From: Atractiella rhizophila | Taxonomy: Eukaryota | Reading direction: 5' to 3' | Assembly: GCA_021432655.1 (NCBI GenBank) | Contig: MU271679.1 | Span: 1 to 32,914, forward strand | DNA length: 32,914 bases | Shown: positions 1-11,939 of the stretch, piece after piece | How positions within the stretch are numbered: position 1 is the stretch's first letter | Layout: every line of letters begins with the position of its first letter | Program-made: the position numbers and the translations under genes | The notes under the pieces: generated by a model | The model's database searches: none | What the model saw: the letters and a program-made list of their open reading frames with translations, nothing else | What the model was told of the DNA's origin: nothing

Positions 1-1138
1 TAGGATCAACAGGGGATGCAGAAGCCATTCTTCGAGATTGAAAGTGAGAACGGGCGCTGTGACCTGGGAGAACGCAGGCCTGCTTTTTGTCGAGAAAGAG
101 GATCTCGTGTCAAGACGAGCTAGCCTGATAAAGAGGTGGATACCACGACAGTGCGACAAGTTTTTATGGAGACAGATTGGGAACGACTCTGCCTAGCCTC
201 AAATGAACTCCTCTAACCTTGAGCTTGGACCTGGGCCGAAATCCTGCACAGAATCAATAAGAAGAGAGAATTGAGGAAGGGAAGGTATTAAAATTCTACC
301 TGAGCTTGATTAATCGTGTTCAATTCATGCACCGACGTAACCTGTTTGAGGGGTCCCAGGAAGAGCACCACGACACCTTTATCGCCAATTCCACATGTAC
401 GGTTGGAAAATATCTTCGGCGTAACCTTCCGTTTCAGTAGCAACCGTCCCTCATCCTTGAACGCCGTCGCCGTCAGAAGCGGACGAGCAACCAAACGCTC
501 AAGCAAACGGAATCGTCGAACGGTGGCCGGGGTTTTCTGGGATAGAAACTCTCGAAGACTTGAGCGAGGCCAAAGCGGAATCAAGCAGACTTGTGCTTGA
601 ACGTGAGAAAGGACTGGTGCTGACGCATGACGCGCTGTGCGATGTCCAGCCAAGATGGTGTCGCAGTCGACAAGTGTGAGATCTCTCGCTCCAGAAACTC
701 GGGAAAGGGCACTCCACACGGCCGGGAACCATTGCAGCGGAATCGAGATCCTCAAGATCTCTTCCAGCCAGGGATTTCCTTCAGAAGTGGGGTTTAGAAG
801 AGCTCTCGGAACAACGGGGAAGTGTCCTGAGTCCTGCATCATTCTGTATGCCCATCATCAAGGTGATGCACATCAAATCGACCCACTTCACCCATTTCCT
901 GGTCTGGGAACGTCGGCAGCAAAACAGACATGGTGGGCACCTCGGGAATGTGAAGCTGTGAAGGTTCGTACGAGACAAATGAGATATTTGTCGACTCGAC
1001 CGTTTCTTCGTCTTCGTTCGTCTTGAAACCTCGTTGGTGACGAGTCGACGCATCAACGACGGACTCGGATTGGAAATCATCTATTAGATTGAACCTCCAA
1101 AACCTCCGCTTCCGATGAAGTGCCATCGATAACGACAA
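1..1138 (-). pseudogene. Possible degenerate or unknown coding region
   Basis: Overlapping minus-strand ORFs (839-1138, 288-842) lie in different frames. There is an intron-like segment (GTAGAA...pyrimidine tract...TGTGCAG, ~244-299). I found no recognisable domain and could not build a clean model. Confidence 0.25.
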
Positions 1139-3027
1139 GAAGGGACAAAGTCACGTATCATCACAACACAGCACAAGACGCGTCGCTGATGTATTGTGAA
1201 TATTGTGAGAGGAGACGATTTGATGCTACCACAGGAGGAGGAGGTCTGAGCGCATCAAACAACACCAAAGAAGCGAAGGCAAAACCTTGCGATTGAACTG
1301 GCCAATTGACTTGAATTTGACAGCTATTCAAAGCAAAGTCAAGCTTTCTGTGATTCACTCGGTGGCTTTCAAGCTTGAGCTTGAGCAAGACCCTGGCCGA
1401 ATTAATGAAGGCAAGGTCAATTCAGCCAGCCCCTTGTTCACAACGGTAATCAATTGATGAAAACTGAACGTTAAAGAATGGAATTGATTGACAGTTTCGG
1501 TTTGCATAAGCGTGCAGGAGACACCAAGCAGTTCCGTCAGCTTCACGCGAGCTCAGCTTCACGTGACCTCAATGTTGCCAGTGGCAGAAGCTCCAGCATT
1601 CTGAAGCTTTGCGAGACGAATACTAAAATCTGCATCAAGGTGAAGAAAATCGAGAAGCAACGTCATCGTCATGGTCGTGACACTAGCGCCTCAACCGCGC
1701 GCTGATCATTTCCCTTCAGTTTTGAGTGGAAAGCTAAGTCTTTTCAGAAAGGCAGTCTCAACTTCCAGATTTCTGAAAGCTGTAGATTGCATACACCAAA
1801 GCTAGGTCTGAGCGCATAAAAATGACGGACCTCATCATTCCCTCCCACTCAACGATCGTGAACTTGGACACCCCACTATGTATCAGAGTGAATAATCATC
1901 ATGAATCCGTCAAGTTTTACGCATTATAACAACCAGCTAGAATCAGGATGGACCGAGGTGTGATGGTGGGGTAAGTAGATGGCTGAAGATTTGACAGAGA
2001 TCGTCGTGTAAGTTATGAAGGCAAGTTTCGATGCGAGCACGGCTTCCAAAGGGAGGCATGCGATGGGACACACCTCCCTTTAAAACGAGCTCGAGCACAA
2101 ACAAAACAAAAACGACGGACCATCGTTTCAAGTCGCCTAGACTGCGTCAAAGAAAGAAGATATCGTCGATCTTCATTAATGTTGTCGGGTGAAGCTGAGT
2201 ACGTAAAGCCTTCTGTCGATCCAGGGATCGTTTTCGTGCTTTCCCACCGATGCAGCAGCTGCTGGTAAAAGAACAAAAAGCAGAGGAGGCAATCACTTTA
2301 AAGAAAAGTGCTTTTATAGCACTGCAGCTGACTGCAGAAAACAAAAGCTCTCATTCGGGTTCCACTCGGGAGGGTTCCAATCTTCAATCGAGTTAGAGCT
2401 CGACGACGACGACTACGCGCGTTGTGAGAGCTAAAGGATATATTTTCTACCTCTTTCCTGTCTTATCCAGAAGGCGGTAGGCTTACAAGTGCTCTTTTGA
2501 CGCGAAATGAGCTCCCAGTCTCAGTCTCTATCTCTATCCACCCATCGACGACAATATTCCCTCGCGAAAGCCAATCTTCCCGCTTCCATCCCATCCTGCA
2601 GCTGGGAAAATGGCCCTTCAAACTTCCGTCTCTGTCATTTTATGACATTAATGACAGTTCTTCAGTGGTGTTTGCGTTGTTGGTCAGGTACATGAGTCCT
2701 TGACAGCGGCGAGTCACTTTCAAATTGCGGCCGCAAGTTAGCCGCCAAATGCGGCTTACTGATGCGGACGGTGGCCGCTGCGCGAGACTTCAACTTCGGC
2801 ACCGACGTAGGAGGCTCCAGTAGCCGGACAACGCCTCCCAACGCTCCGCACGTCACAAACGAGGTCGCTGCATGTATTACTCGGTCCAGCCTCTGCAAGT
2901 GAATATCGTGTTGTGATCCCTTCGCCAATGTTGTTCCTGTGTTGGCTGTAATGGTTGTATAAAACTCTTACATTATCGATCCCCTTCCATTCCCTTTCCC
3001 TTTGTTTCTTGCGAATATCCTTCCACC

Positions 3028-4287
3028 ATGGTGGCAACGATGGAACCTGTCACAGACATCGAACAGCTAGACATACCATTAGATGAGGAGGAGGAGCTTT
3101 TCAGGGAGATAGATGAATGTTTTCCAGCTGGTGATTCTACAGAATCAGAATCTAGGGAGGAGGAAGGGAAAGAAGTGGTCGAGTTCACAGATTGGAAGGA
3201 GAAGGAGGATCCACGGCCTTCAAACCCTGCAACACTTCAAGAGATTGGTGTACTGGTGGACGAGAGCATTCTAACGAGTCGAGTACTGCTCACAGTAGAG
3301 GGATGCAACCTGTGAGTTTTCCTTCGCACCCCCATTCCCTGCAAAAGCAATGGAGCTGACGCAGGGATAATGGATAGGTCCCGACAACCACGACGTACGC
3401 CAACGTTCGTTTTTCAATCATTCCACACGCTAGTCTCTTTCTGACCTTTCATTTCTTCGATCGAATCAACAGCGAAATATGTCTTCGGTGAGTCCCTCGC
3501 TGGCTCCTTCGTATCTCGGCTAAACATCTAACAATATTTCTCCTTTCTTCCGCTTACAGGTTAGCTCTACAAGATGGCATTTGGCTCCGCGTGTCCTCCT
3601 TCTCGCTCTCCCTCTATGTCCAACCTACCGGTCTAGCAATGGCAGGGCGACCTGGAACTAGCGGCGGAGCTCGCATGCTTGATTCCAAAGTCGAAATTGG
3701 ACGTTTTCTCCCAACGCCACCTGCGCCGACTCCTACCTCATACAAATCACCGCGGATTGCACATACATTCGTGAGGGACGAGGACAGCACGAAGCTTTCA
3801 GTTCGTAGGGACGGTCGATGCGCACGGCTAGAGTGGGAGGAGATGTCCGAGGAGGACGAGCGACCGTCTAGTCTGCCTATCTACCTTTCTTGTACGTGTT
3901 TCTCCTCGGTCTTCCTCTCAGCTAGCTACTGCTATCCGAAGCTCCTATCTCACAGTATTCTATTTCATCGATACAGGTCGTCACACAGCCGACTTCATCC
4001 TCCACTTCCGTCTCTCCCTCACATTCTCTCTCTCCGCAGACGCGCTCTCCTCCCTCTCCCCTTCCCTCCGTTCCTCCCGCTTGCGCAAATCCTACGCCTC
4101 TTCTCTATTCTTCGACCGTAAGGAGGTGGACGAGATGGAGACGGCATTTGGAGACTGGTCAGAGATGGAGAAAGAGGTCAATGAGGAGCTGAAGGGTGCT
4201 GAGTGGTCAGTCGTGGAAGAGGGAGAGTTGCCTGTTATTCCTGAGCTTGTGATTGGGGGGAAAGAGAAGAAATTAGAGGAACGATAG
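3028..4287 (+). CDS. Hypothetical protein, 5 exons, ~322 aa, acidic N- and C-termini
   Basis: Exons 3028-3311, 3378-3404, 3473-3487, 3560-3891 and 3977-4287 join in frame through four GT-AG introns (MVATMEPV...GCNLSRQPRRTPTEICLRLALQDGIWLRVSSF...KKLEER*). A TATAAAA lies at ~2958. No family recognised. Confidence 0.7.
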
Positions 4288-4713
4288 CATTGATTGATTG
4301 ACTGAGCGTTTGGATTGTGCGTTTCATCCATGACATGGAGGGACTGTGCTGAAACGGTGTATAAAGACTTTGTGTTGTATATTTATTCACTTCGAGTTTC
4401 TGTGACCTCTGGAATCTATGACTTTGTTTGGATCCATTGTACTTTCTGAATAGTACTAGACCTTTAGGTCCCTGAGAAATGTTGTGTCGAATCGAGGCTT
4501 GTGGACAGGCAGAGCCATGCTTATCGCAACTTAGGTTACTGAATGAAAGATGAAGAAGGGCAGAGAGATATCCAAGGGTAACATTGCAGTATTTCGTAGC
4601 ACTTTGTACTTATTTTGAGAGTGGGGCGAGTTGCTATTCAAACGAACAGTGAAGTCAAGAAGCTAATGCAGTTGATTGGTGCCTTTGGTATCATTTACGT
4701 TGCTGATGATCGT

Positions 4714-7700
4714 TTAATCGTCATCTGGGAGAGCGTCGCCAAACTCCCAAACTCCGGCTCTCGATCTGTTCATCAAGATAAACAAATGGTCAGGCATCGT
4801 ATACATGGAGAAAGTGACACAGGGACGTGAAAGCTCCAACGAACCTTTTGGCGTCTTCGCAAGCCTTCTCTAAGGCTGACCACATGGTGGGGTAAGCTTT
4901 ACGATATTTGCATCTACTGTCGAGGATTGCGAGTCCCTCTCTGACAAGGTCGAGGTTGAGCGACGCTTTCGCGTCTTTGGACACCGTGGGGTCGTACAGG
5001 GTGAGATGGGCGATCTGGTTGGTAGCTGAGGCGCGTTCGCGGAAGTCTACGTTTGCGACGAGAGTGCGTCCCTTTAACATCGGAGCACCGTCAAGATCAT
5101 CTCGAAGCCAGAAAGTGAGCACGAAGAGAAATCGCGCATACCTCGCACAGAGACCTGAACCGCTCTAACGCTTCTTCTCCATACTCCGTATCCGCTCCCA
5201 GGAGCTTGATAAAGCTCAAGGCAGCATCCTGGCTCTGCGGTTCCAGTGCTTTAAATCGGGGATCAAGAGGTCGAATACGATCGTAGGGCAGCTCCTCTGA
5301 GTTTCCATAGTCGTAGAAGAGAACCTCAGCAATCTTCTTTTGAGGATTGCTACGTCGAATCTTTGCTCGATACCAGACATTATCGACTGTGAAGCGGGCA
5401 GCAACGAGGTCTCCGGAGCGAGGGATGAAGTTGGGGGCTGGAGGAGCGGCAGAGTAATGCGTTCCGAATTCGCTCATTAGCTTTTCGAGCGCTGGTACGC
5501 CTGTAAATTTCAAATCCATGCTTCAGTTTCGTTATCTGCCGTATAAGAGAATGGGAAGCGAACCGCCATCAGTGAGCTGTTGGATCGAGAAAGAGAATGG
5601 TGTATCCTTTCCACCCCTGATATCCGAAACGACAAGGTCGATATATTCCGTCCTTGCTTCCGCCTCCGTTGGCCCACTGGTCTTCTCCTCGACTTCGACA
5701 GTCTCCGGATCATAATCCTTCCAAAGCTACACCAGCCAAACCATCATTTAGTCATTATTCAAACGAAAGCAGGAAAAGCAACACACATTCTTTCTCTTCT
5801 TCTTCGCCTCTTCCTCCGCATCCCTCAGCTCCTTCCCGAACGTCACCTTCTCCGCCGAATAGTCGTTGATTTGCGCAAACCCCTCTCTTGTCAACATAAC
5901 CGCCAGGTTTTCAGTCCTCGACAAATAAAGGGATCCAATGAATCCACCATTCTTGTCTGTCGAGTCCACCTCGATCTCTGCGTCCCTTTGAAGGACTCGA
6001 CGGTTCACCCAATCGAGGGCTTCTTTGCCGAAGGGTTCAGATTTGTCCTTTGGATCACGGGCGGTCTTGGGAGCACGAATACCTGCGTCCGCCGATGCGA
6101 CAGGTCAGTCATGACAACTCGCTGAGGGAGAAGTTACATACCACCGAGAACAAGAGTAAGTTTGACCTCCTGTTTGGGAAGGAAGAGCTTGAACCTGGAC
6201 GCAGAGGAGGCGAATTCAACCACGACTGGAATCTTGCCTGCACGCTTGAAGGAAGAAAGGAAAGAGGTAGCTTTGGAGAGGGACTACGGCTTTCTATCAG
6301 TATGCTGTCCTTAGAAAAGAGATGAAGAAGTACCTCGGAAGCGTCCCCTGGTGCTCTGCTAGCAGGGAAATCTTTTCCAGAGTGTACACCACGACCTTCG
6401 GATTGTGCCTAGCCAGAAGTTTGCGTTCGATCTTTAGAAAAGGAAGAATGAAAGACGCACCTTGGCTTCAGCGGCTATGAGGCGGTCGTAGAATTCTGAG
6501 CGGTCTTCGTCATCCCTCCTATGGCGAATGACACTGGCGAGTCCACGCTCGACGAGCATCTCGGCGACATTACTATCCAGCAGTCCATCAATCAACGAAT
6601 GTAGTCGTAAAATATTTCAGCGAGACGTACTTGCCATTCGGCAACTTTACGGTTGCGCACTCCCGCTCGTCGTACTCTCCCTCCTTCGGCTTCACATAGT
6701 CGATGCTAACAGTGACCGTTTTTCCGATGAGTCTCTTCCTTAATGTCTCTTTCGCCTCCACCTGCCACCCTGCGACTTTGGGATCCTGCAACCTCGGCTG
6801 TCGGATGGACGAGAACTGAATGCGACGTTCGTCCTCCTCCTTATCTCCCACCAACCGTCTCACCCCAACCATATCACCCGTCCAAATCCTCGTGACCACA
6901 GCCTGAAAGCTCTTCGCTCCAGCCGCTGCACCAGGACCAGAGGCATGACCGTTTGCTCCATTGGTTCCAGATTTAGAGACATAAGCCTTCCAAATCCCCC
7001 TCTTTCCCTCCTGCGCCTCCTTTATTCCGCTCCTCAACGCTTCCATCATCTTCAATCCATCCTGCGGAGACGCGCAGATCGCTCCCGCGTGCCACTCCAC
7101 GATCCTTCCCAAACCAGCAGAAGCGAGCAGAAGAGCGATGTTGCCGGCGGGGTGCACGACGACACCGACAATGTTCGATATCGTCGCTGGGGCATTGGAG
7201 GCTAAGGAACCAGTTGGAGATGGAAGGGATAGGAGTCTGACTTGTACAGCGCGTTGGAGCAGTCGGGTTTCGACGAAGAAGCGGGCCTCGTCGCCCATTT
7301 CTTCACCGTCGTTATCGGTTGGATTGGCGTTGGGGTTGGGAGAGGCGTTAGGAGGGATGATCGATTTGGCTCGTGGGGTGCGGATACCGGCGAGGGTGAG
7401 ATTGATGAGTTGGTGAGAGGTGGGGGAAAGGAGGAGGCGGACTCGAAGCGTTGAGCCGGACTGGACAGATTCGACGAGAGCGTCGATGTTGGTGCCTTTG
7501 TGGGTCGTGAGGAAGGCGGCTGGATCGGAGGGCATGGTGTATTCTACTGTCCTCTCCTGGATATCGCAAGCCAAACAGTCAGCTCTTGCGCATCAACATT
7601 ACAACGTAGCAAGAGAGAGCTTGATTTGTTCCAGAGTACACCTGGCATCTAGTGTAAGCTTTGTGATGAAGACATCAACTCGATCAGGTCAAGCATGGCA

Positions 7701-8329
7701 AGGTAGAGAAAAATATCCCCCCAGGGCGACAATTCAAGCTTACATTGAGAGTTTAGAAGAGTAATGATGACGTACTGGAGGACTTCCCGCCCAAATTCCC
7801 CTTCCTTCCCTCTTAGCCTCCTCCTCTTTCTCCCTCATGAGTCTCTTCCTCTCCTCCTCCTCCTCCTCTCCTTCCTTTTTCGAATTTCCTTCTCTCAGCT
7901 TCGCCCATCCCTGCCTCAACACTTCCAAAGCCACGTCCATGTTGTCCTTGCTCGGGAGATAGATGATGCCGAACTCTCCAGCGGTGGGAGTGCTGTAGTG
8001 GACCACGAAGTTCACCTCTTTTCCTACCAACAACGTCCTGAGGAACTCTCTGCTCTCAAACGCCCACGGCTGTCCCCAAACCAGTCAACATTTTGCACTC
8101 CACCGTCCACATCACTGCTAGGAAAAAGGAAGAAAGGAAAGCGCACCTCGTCGTTCCTATCCCTCGTCCCCATCCTCGGCGCACTCAATCCAGCCAGATG
8201 GAGCGTCCTCTCCTTGGGCAAAGCGCCGCCGGGACCCATGGCCCTGCCTCTGAGGACGACAGTGTCGCCTGACCCCAAGACGGACTTGACGATCGCGCGG
8301 AGAGTGTTGGGCTGAGATGGGCTAGACAT
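4714..8329 (-). CDS. SND1: Tudor staphylococcal nuclease (Tudor-SN/p100), multi-exon
   Basis: Repeated SNase-like domains ([63 protein letters not shown]), a Tudor domain ([19 protein letters not shown]...[11 protein letters not shown]) and a C-terminus [13 protein letters not shown]. Introns include 8070-8146, 7557-7775 and 6573-6630. Confidence 0.95.
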
Positions 8330-8523
8330 TTTAGATGATCTGTGTTTCTGGGTGGGTAATTCTGCTGGATGATGCTGCTACGTGCGCTTCGATCGCTTGA
8401 TGAAGTCGTGGGACTTTTTGCGGAGCAGGTTGGCGTTGTTTGGCACTTGTTTGTTTTGGAGATCAGGCACTGGCAACCACCAACTCAACTGGGAAGAGTA
8501 TCGGTATAGATAGAGCAGCGAAT
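8330..8523. promoter_or_regulatory. Compact divergent (probably bidirectional) promoter between SND1 and MOB2
   Basis: Only 194 bp separate the two predicted divergent ATGs (8329 minus, 8524 plus). Confidence 0.55.
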
Positions 8524-9747
8524 ATGTCTTCATTTCTAGGGTCTGATTTCCGTTCTTATCTATAAATCGCATGCTGACTTTGAGCAGGAGAATCGGCGGT
8601 GGCCGTGGGCAGACACCAACTCGAGTTCGTCCTTGCTTTCTAACGCAACAGATGGCCATTTCCTAACCGGATCTATGGGATTGGATCTAACAGAATCAAT
8701 CTCAGCAATCCCCTTCCTCCAATTCTCTCGCCGCAAACATGGCCTCCATGTCACTACAGAACTCATCGTCCCAGAACCTCACACACTCAGCCAGTGGAAA
8801 GCCACTCTACCTCTGTCAGCCTTTCGTCAAAGCTGCACTCGTCAAGGGCAACTTTAAGAATATCGTGGCGTTACCCAAGTGGGTGGATACTAATGAGTGG
8901 GTCGCTGTCAATCGTGAGTTCTTCCCTTCTCTTTGCTTGGCTGTGGTAGTTGCAAAGGAAACCAAGCCTGCTATCGCGTATTTCATTATGCGGAAAAGGA
9001 GCTATTGCTGCTCGAGGGCGAGTAATCTATTAGAATAAGAAGAACGCCGACTTGATGTGCTGATGTGCAGGTCGAACGAAGATTGAGAGGACGTGCGCTG
9101 ACTTCTGATGGTAACAGTCGTTGACCTCTTCCACAACCTCAATCTTTTCTACGCAGTCGTCACCGAAGTATGTACAAACGAGACGTGTCCGACCATGTCA
9201 GCGGGTCCAGGGTATGTCTCTCCACTCTTCTCTCTCATTTCTTACTCACAGCAAATACCCATCAAGGATGGACTACACCTGGATCGACAAATCCAACAAG
9301 CGTGTTAAACTGCCCGCACCGCAATACATCGACTTCGTCCTCACCTGGGTCGAGGGACTAATCAAAGACGAAACCGTCTTTCCGACCAAGGCAGGCAGGG
9401 AATTCTCGCCCAACTTCCCTTCGGTCGCCCGACACATCTATACCCAACTCCTCCGCGTCTTCGCCCACCTCTACCACGCCCATTTCCCCCATTTCGTCCA
9501 CCTCAGCTGTGAAGGACACCTCAATTCGCTCTTCAGTCACTTCCTGACCTTTGGAAAGGAATTCGACTTGTTGGAGGCGAAAGAGTGCAGGGCTCCAAAA
9601 GAGGGCTTCGGATTCGTCGTGGGCGATTTGATAGATGTACGTTTTGCTCTTTCTGAACGAGACTGTGGGATGGATGGAGATGAAGTAGAAAGACGCTGAT
9701 GCTTTTCTGGGTAGGCGTGGACAGGGATGGGCATTTTGACTGCTTAG
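8524..9747 (+). CDS. MOB2: Mob1/phocein-family NDR kinase activator, Mob2-like
   Basis: Motifs KPLYLCQPFVKAALVKGNFKNIVALPKWVDTNEWVAVN, CPTMSAGP, KLPAPQYIDFVLTW, VFPTK, RVFAHLYHAHF and HLNSLFSHF. Two short upstream exons splice in frame (MSSFLG|RIGGGRGQTPTR|NQSQQ...MASM). The last exon is 9715-9747 (AWTGMGILTA*). Confidence 0.9.
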
Positions 9748-9984
9748 AATGAGCATGAAGTGCGACCGACTGGATCGGTGAATGTGGGAATATGGTCGGA
9801 GCGCGCATTTTTTGGTTGCTGATTGCTGAGTATCTTTGGTCCATTCATCATGCCTTCAAATTCAACATTTTCATCATATTCCCAAACCGCATGAGCACAC
9901 AGCTCCCTTCTCTTGTTCACCCTATCCACTTTTTACTCTCCAACTCTCCACCTTCGGCGCCAGCTTACTTTCAAGAACAAGCTG

Positions 9985-10350
9985 CTACCCCACCCTGTTG
10001 CTTCCTCTTCCTCTTCCTCGTCCCCTTCTTCCACATCCACGACTTCCCAACTAGTCGGCAACTGTTCCCCCTCCCCGTCCAAAGCTGACCTCCCTCTTCC
10101 GAATCTCCCACCTCTACCTGTCAAGCTCGTTGTACAGCTCCTCCGCTGCATTCAGATTCGACAATTGCGCTTCCACGCTGTTTGCGTTTTCTTCTGCTTT
10201 CCCTTGCAGTTGTTTCTGATTAAGGAGAATGCGTTGGAGTAAGAGCATGTCCCTTCACGACTTGAGGGACTCCGAGTAGGATTTGAAGGCAAAGAGAAAG
10301 AGATGCGGTGGCCCATTGAAGTTGACGGGGTTCCGGCATTCGATATTTTG
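9985..10350 (-). pseudogene. Possible decayed coding sequence, coiled-coil-like
   Basis: One frame reads NIECRNPVNFNGPPHLFLFAFKSYSESLKS*RDMLLLQRILLNQKQLQGKAEENANSVEAQLSNLNAAEELYNELDR*RWEIRK..., with in-frame TGA/TAG stops at 10255, 10114, 10051 and 9985. Confidence 0.25.
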
Positions 10351-10782
10351 TGAATGTGTCAGAACGTATTAAACGAGTAGTTTTGTCAGTGGTGTTGGTA
10401 TGAAGTGGAGGACTAAGCAGGCTTTGGATGCACTTGCTGGTACTGTATGGCATCCTTCGAGGATGGAAAATTGTGAGGAAGGGATTGAGATTCAAAGAGG
10501 CTATAAATGCCTAGCAAGGGAGAGACACAACCCATGTTTGTCTTTCAGAAGTATTCCATCGCTCGCTTCTTTCCTTGTGTCTCTTTTATGTGTGCAGCAC
10601 AAACACACTTGTTCATTCTAACAAGTCCTCCTCGATGGGATTCTGCAGACTTTCACATCCCGGCTCTCTCTGAATCGCTTACAGATTGTCGGTTCTTATA
10701 AATTGAGGCATCCTTACATTTATTCTGGAGCACTTTTCTTGCAAGTTTTTGTCAAAGTGAGACTCTACAAAGGGTACGTGCA

Positions 10783-10794
10783 TTAGGGTTAGGG
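10783..10794 (+). promoter_or_regulatory. Telomere-repeat dimer (TTAGGG)2, candidate telo-box
   Basis: Exact TTAGGGTTAGGG ending ~80 bp upstream of the FHA gene ATG. Confidence 0.5.
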
Positions 10795-10874
10795 ATTTTA
10801 CACAAGTTTCAACAATCGCGTTTTGTCGCCACGAAGCAAGCAACAACGACCAAAAGCTCTCCCGCGTCTCCGCT

Positions 10875-11449
10875 ATGCTCCCCGTACTATCCCTTGCGCC
10901 ATTAGAGGATAGCTTTCCTAACGGCAAAATCTTTATATTCCGACATGAAGGGTCAGATGGAAGGATAGTGATTGGACGAAGTTTGGGAGATCATGACACC
11001 CAGGTCGGGATAAAGAATGGGTGGTTTAAGGAAGGCGAGGATGGAGAGAACATGCAGGACGAGAATGGGAAGATTTTGGATAGGATTCATGCCGAGGTGT
11101 GGTCTGAAGGTGGCAAGGTGTGTTCCTTCATTGTTGGTTCAGCTGAGGAGTGAAGGCGAATTCTTCCTTGGCTTGTAGATCTTTATTAAAGATTCCTCCT
11201 CGACGAGTGGAACGTATGTCAACGAACGTCGAATAGACCAAGAGCCCACAGAGCTCAGAACGGGCGATCGAGTGGTGAGTCCACTACTCCATTGTCCATC
11301 CCTTGCTCTTTAGCCTTGCCTTGACGACCCGTGTCTTCGCCAACAAGGATTTTGGTGTCGATCTCCCGGATGTCAAAAAGAAGCGTTTTTCCGCACGCTG
11401 TCAAATAGACGAATGGCAAGATGCAGAGATCGGGGACGAAGACTTTTGA
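10875..11449 (+). CDS. Stand-alone FHA-domain protein, SLMAP/Far9/Vps64-type FHA, ~146 aa
   Basis: Exons 10875-11117, 11179-11274 and 11348-11449 give IVIGRS...NGWF...KILDRIHAEVWSEGGKIFIKDSSSTSGTYVNERRI...ELRTGDRVDFGVDL, which matches the FHA pattern. Confidence 0.85.
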
Positions 11450-11939
11450 TTTCAACGCGCATTGGATTTAGATGACTTGATGACCATGATGTCTGACGAC
11501 TTTTTATTGTTTTGTATTTGCGTTATTGATCTTCCAGTTCTAGTGGTGCTCTCCTCGTTATTGTTCCGCGTCCCTGTTGTAGCAGTTAGAAAGCAGCTTA
11601 GTTTCAGTCTTCATAGCTTGGGAAGTGCAAGAGTGGATTCGATCCTCTACATGGTCAGCACTCAGTACTCAATTTCAATCAGTCTTCGTTCGGTCCATAC
11701 TTCGTTATTCTTGCGTTACCGTCTTCAATTGGGAGAGAAGTTGCAATTATGGTCCAATAGATGCTTTGTCGCAGTGTGGACACCTAGCATAAGTTTATTC
11801 GCCGCAACTATCCCTTCTAAGCCGACTGCCGACTGGTAACGATCTCATGGAGCCCATTGCATTATCTAGATTGAGTAAGATACAAAAGGTGAGTCAATAC
11901 AAGAGACTGAGCCAGGTACTAAATAAATATTGACAAGGT

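Noticed and set aside
1300..1780. Short palindromes and inverted repeats (AAAACTGAA/TTCAGTTTT; TTTCAGAAA/TTTCTGAAA) as a possible MITE
   Set aside because: The matches are only ~9 bp and AT-rich, with no target-site duplication or second copy.
1943..2420. Short minus-strand ORFs with intron-like pyrimidine tracts
   Set aside because: I could not build a consistent spliced frame or find a recognisable domain. It may be a relic but is unsupported.
7653..7744. Box C/D snoRNA on the plus strand (stem followed by GTGATGA)
   Set aside because: There is no CTGA box D before the closing stem, and it is antisense to the host gene.
5580..8315. Long plus-strand ORFs opposite SND1, and similar antisense ORFs over MOB2, the exonucleases, the F-box gene and the GEF
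   Set aside because: These are shadow frames of real genes on the other strand.
11600..11665. tRNA-like A/B-box fragments (TAGCTTGG...GGATTCGATCC)
   Set aside because: No acceptor or anticodon stems form a cloverleaf.
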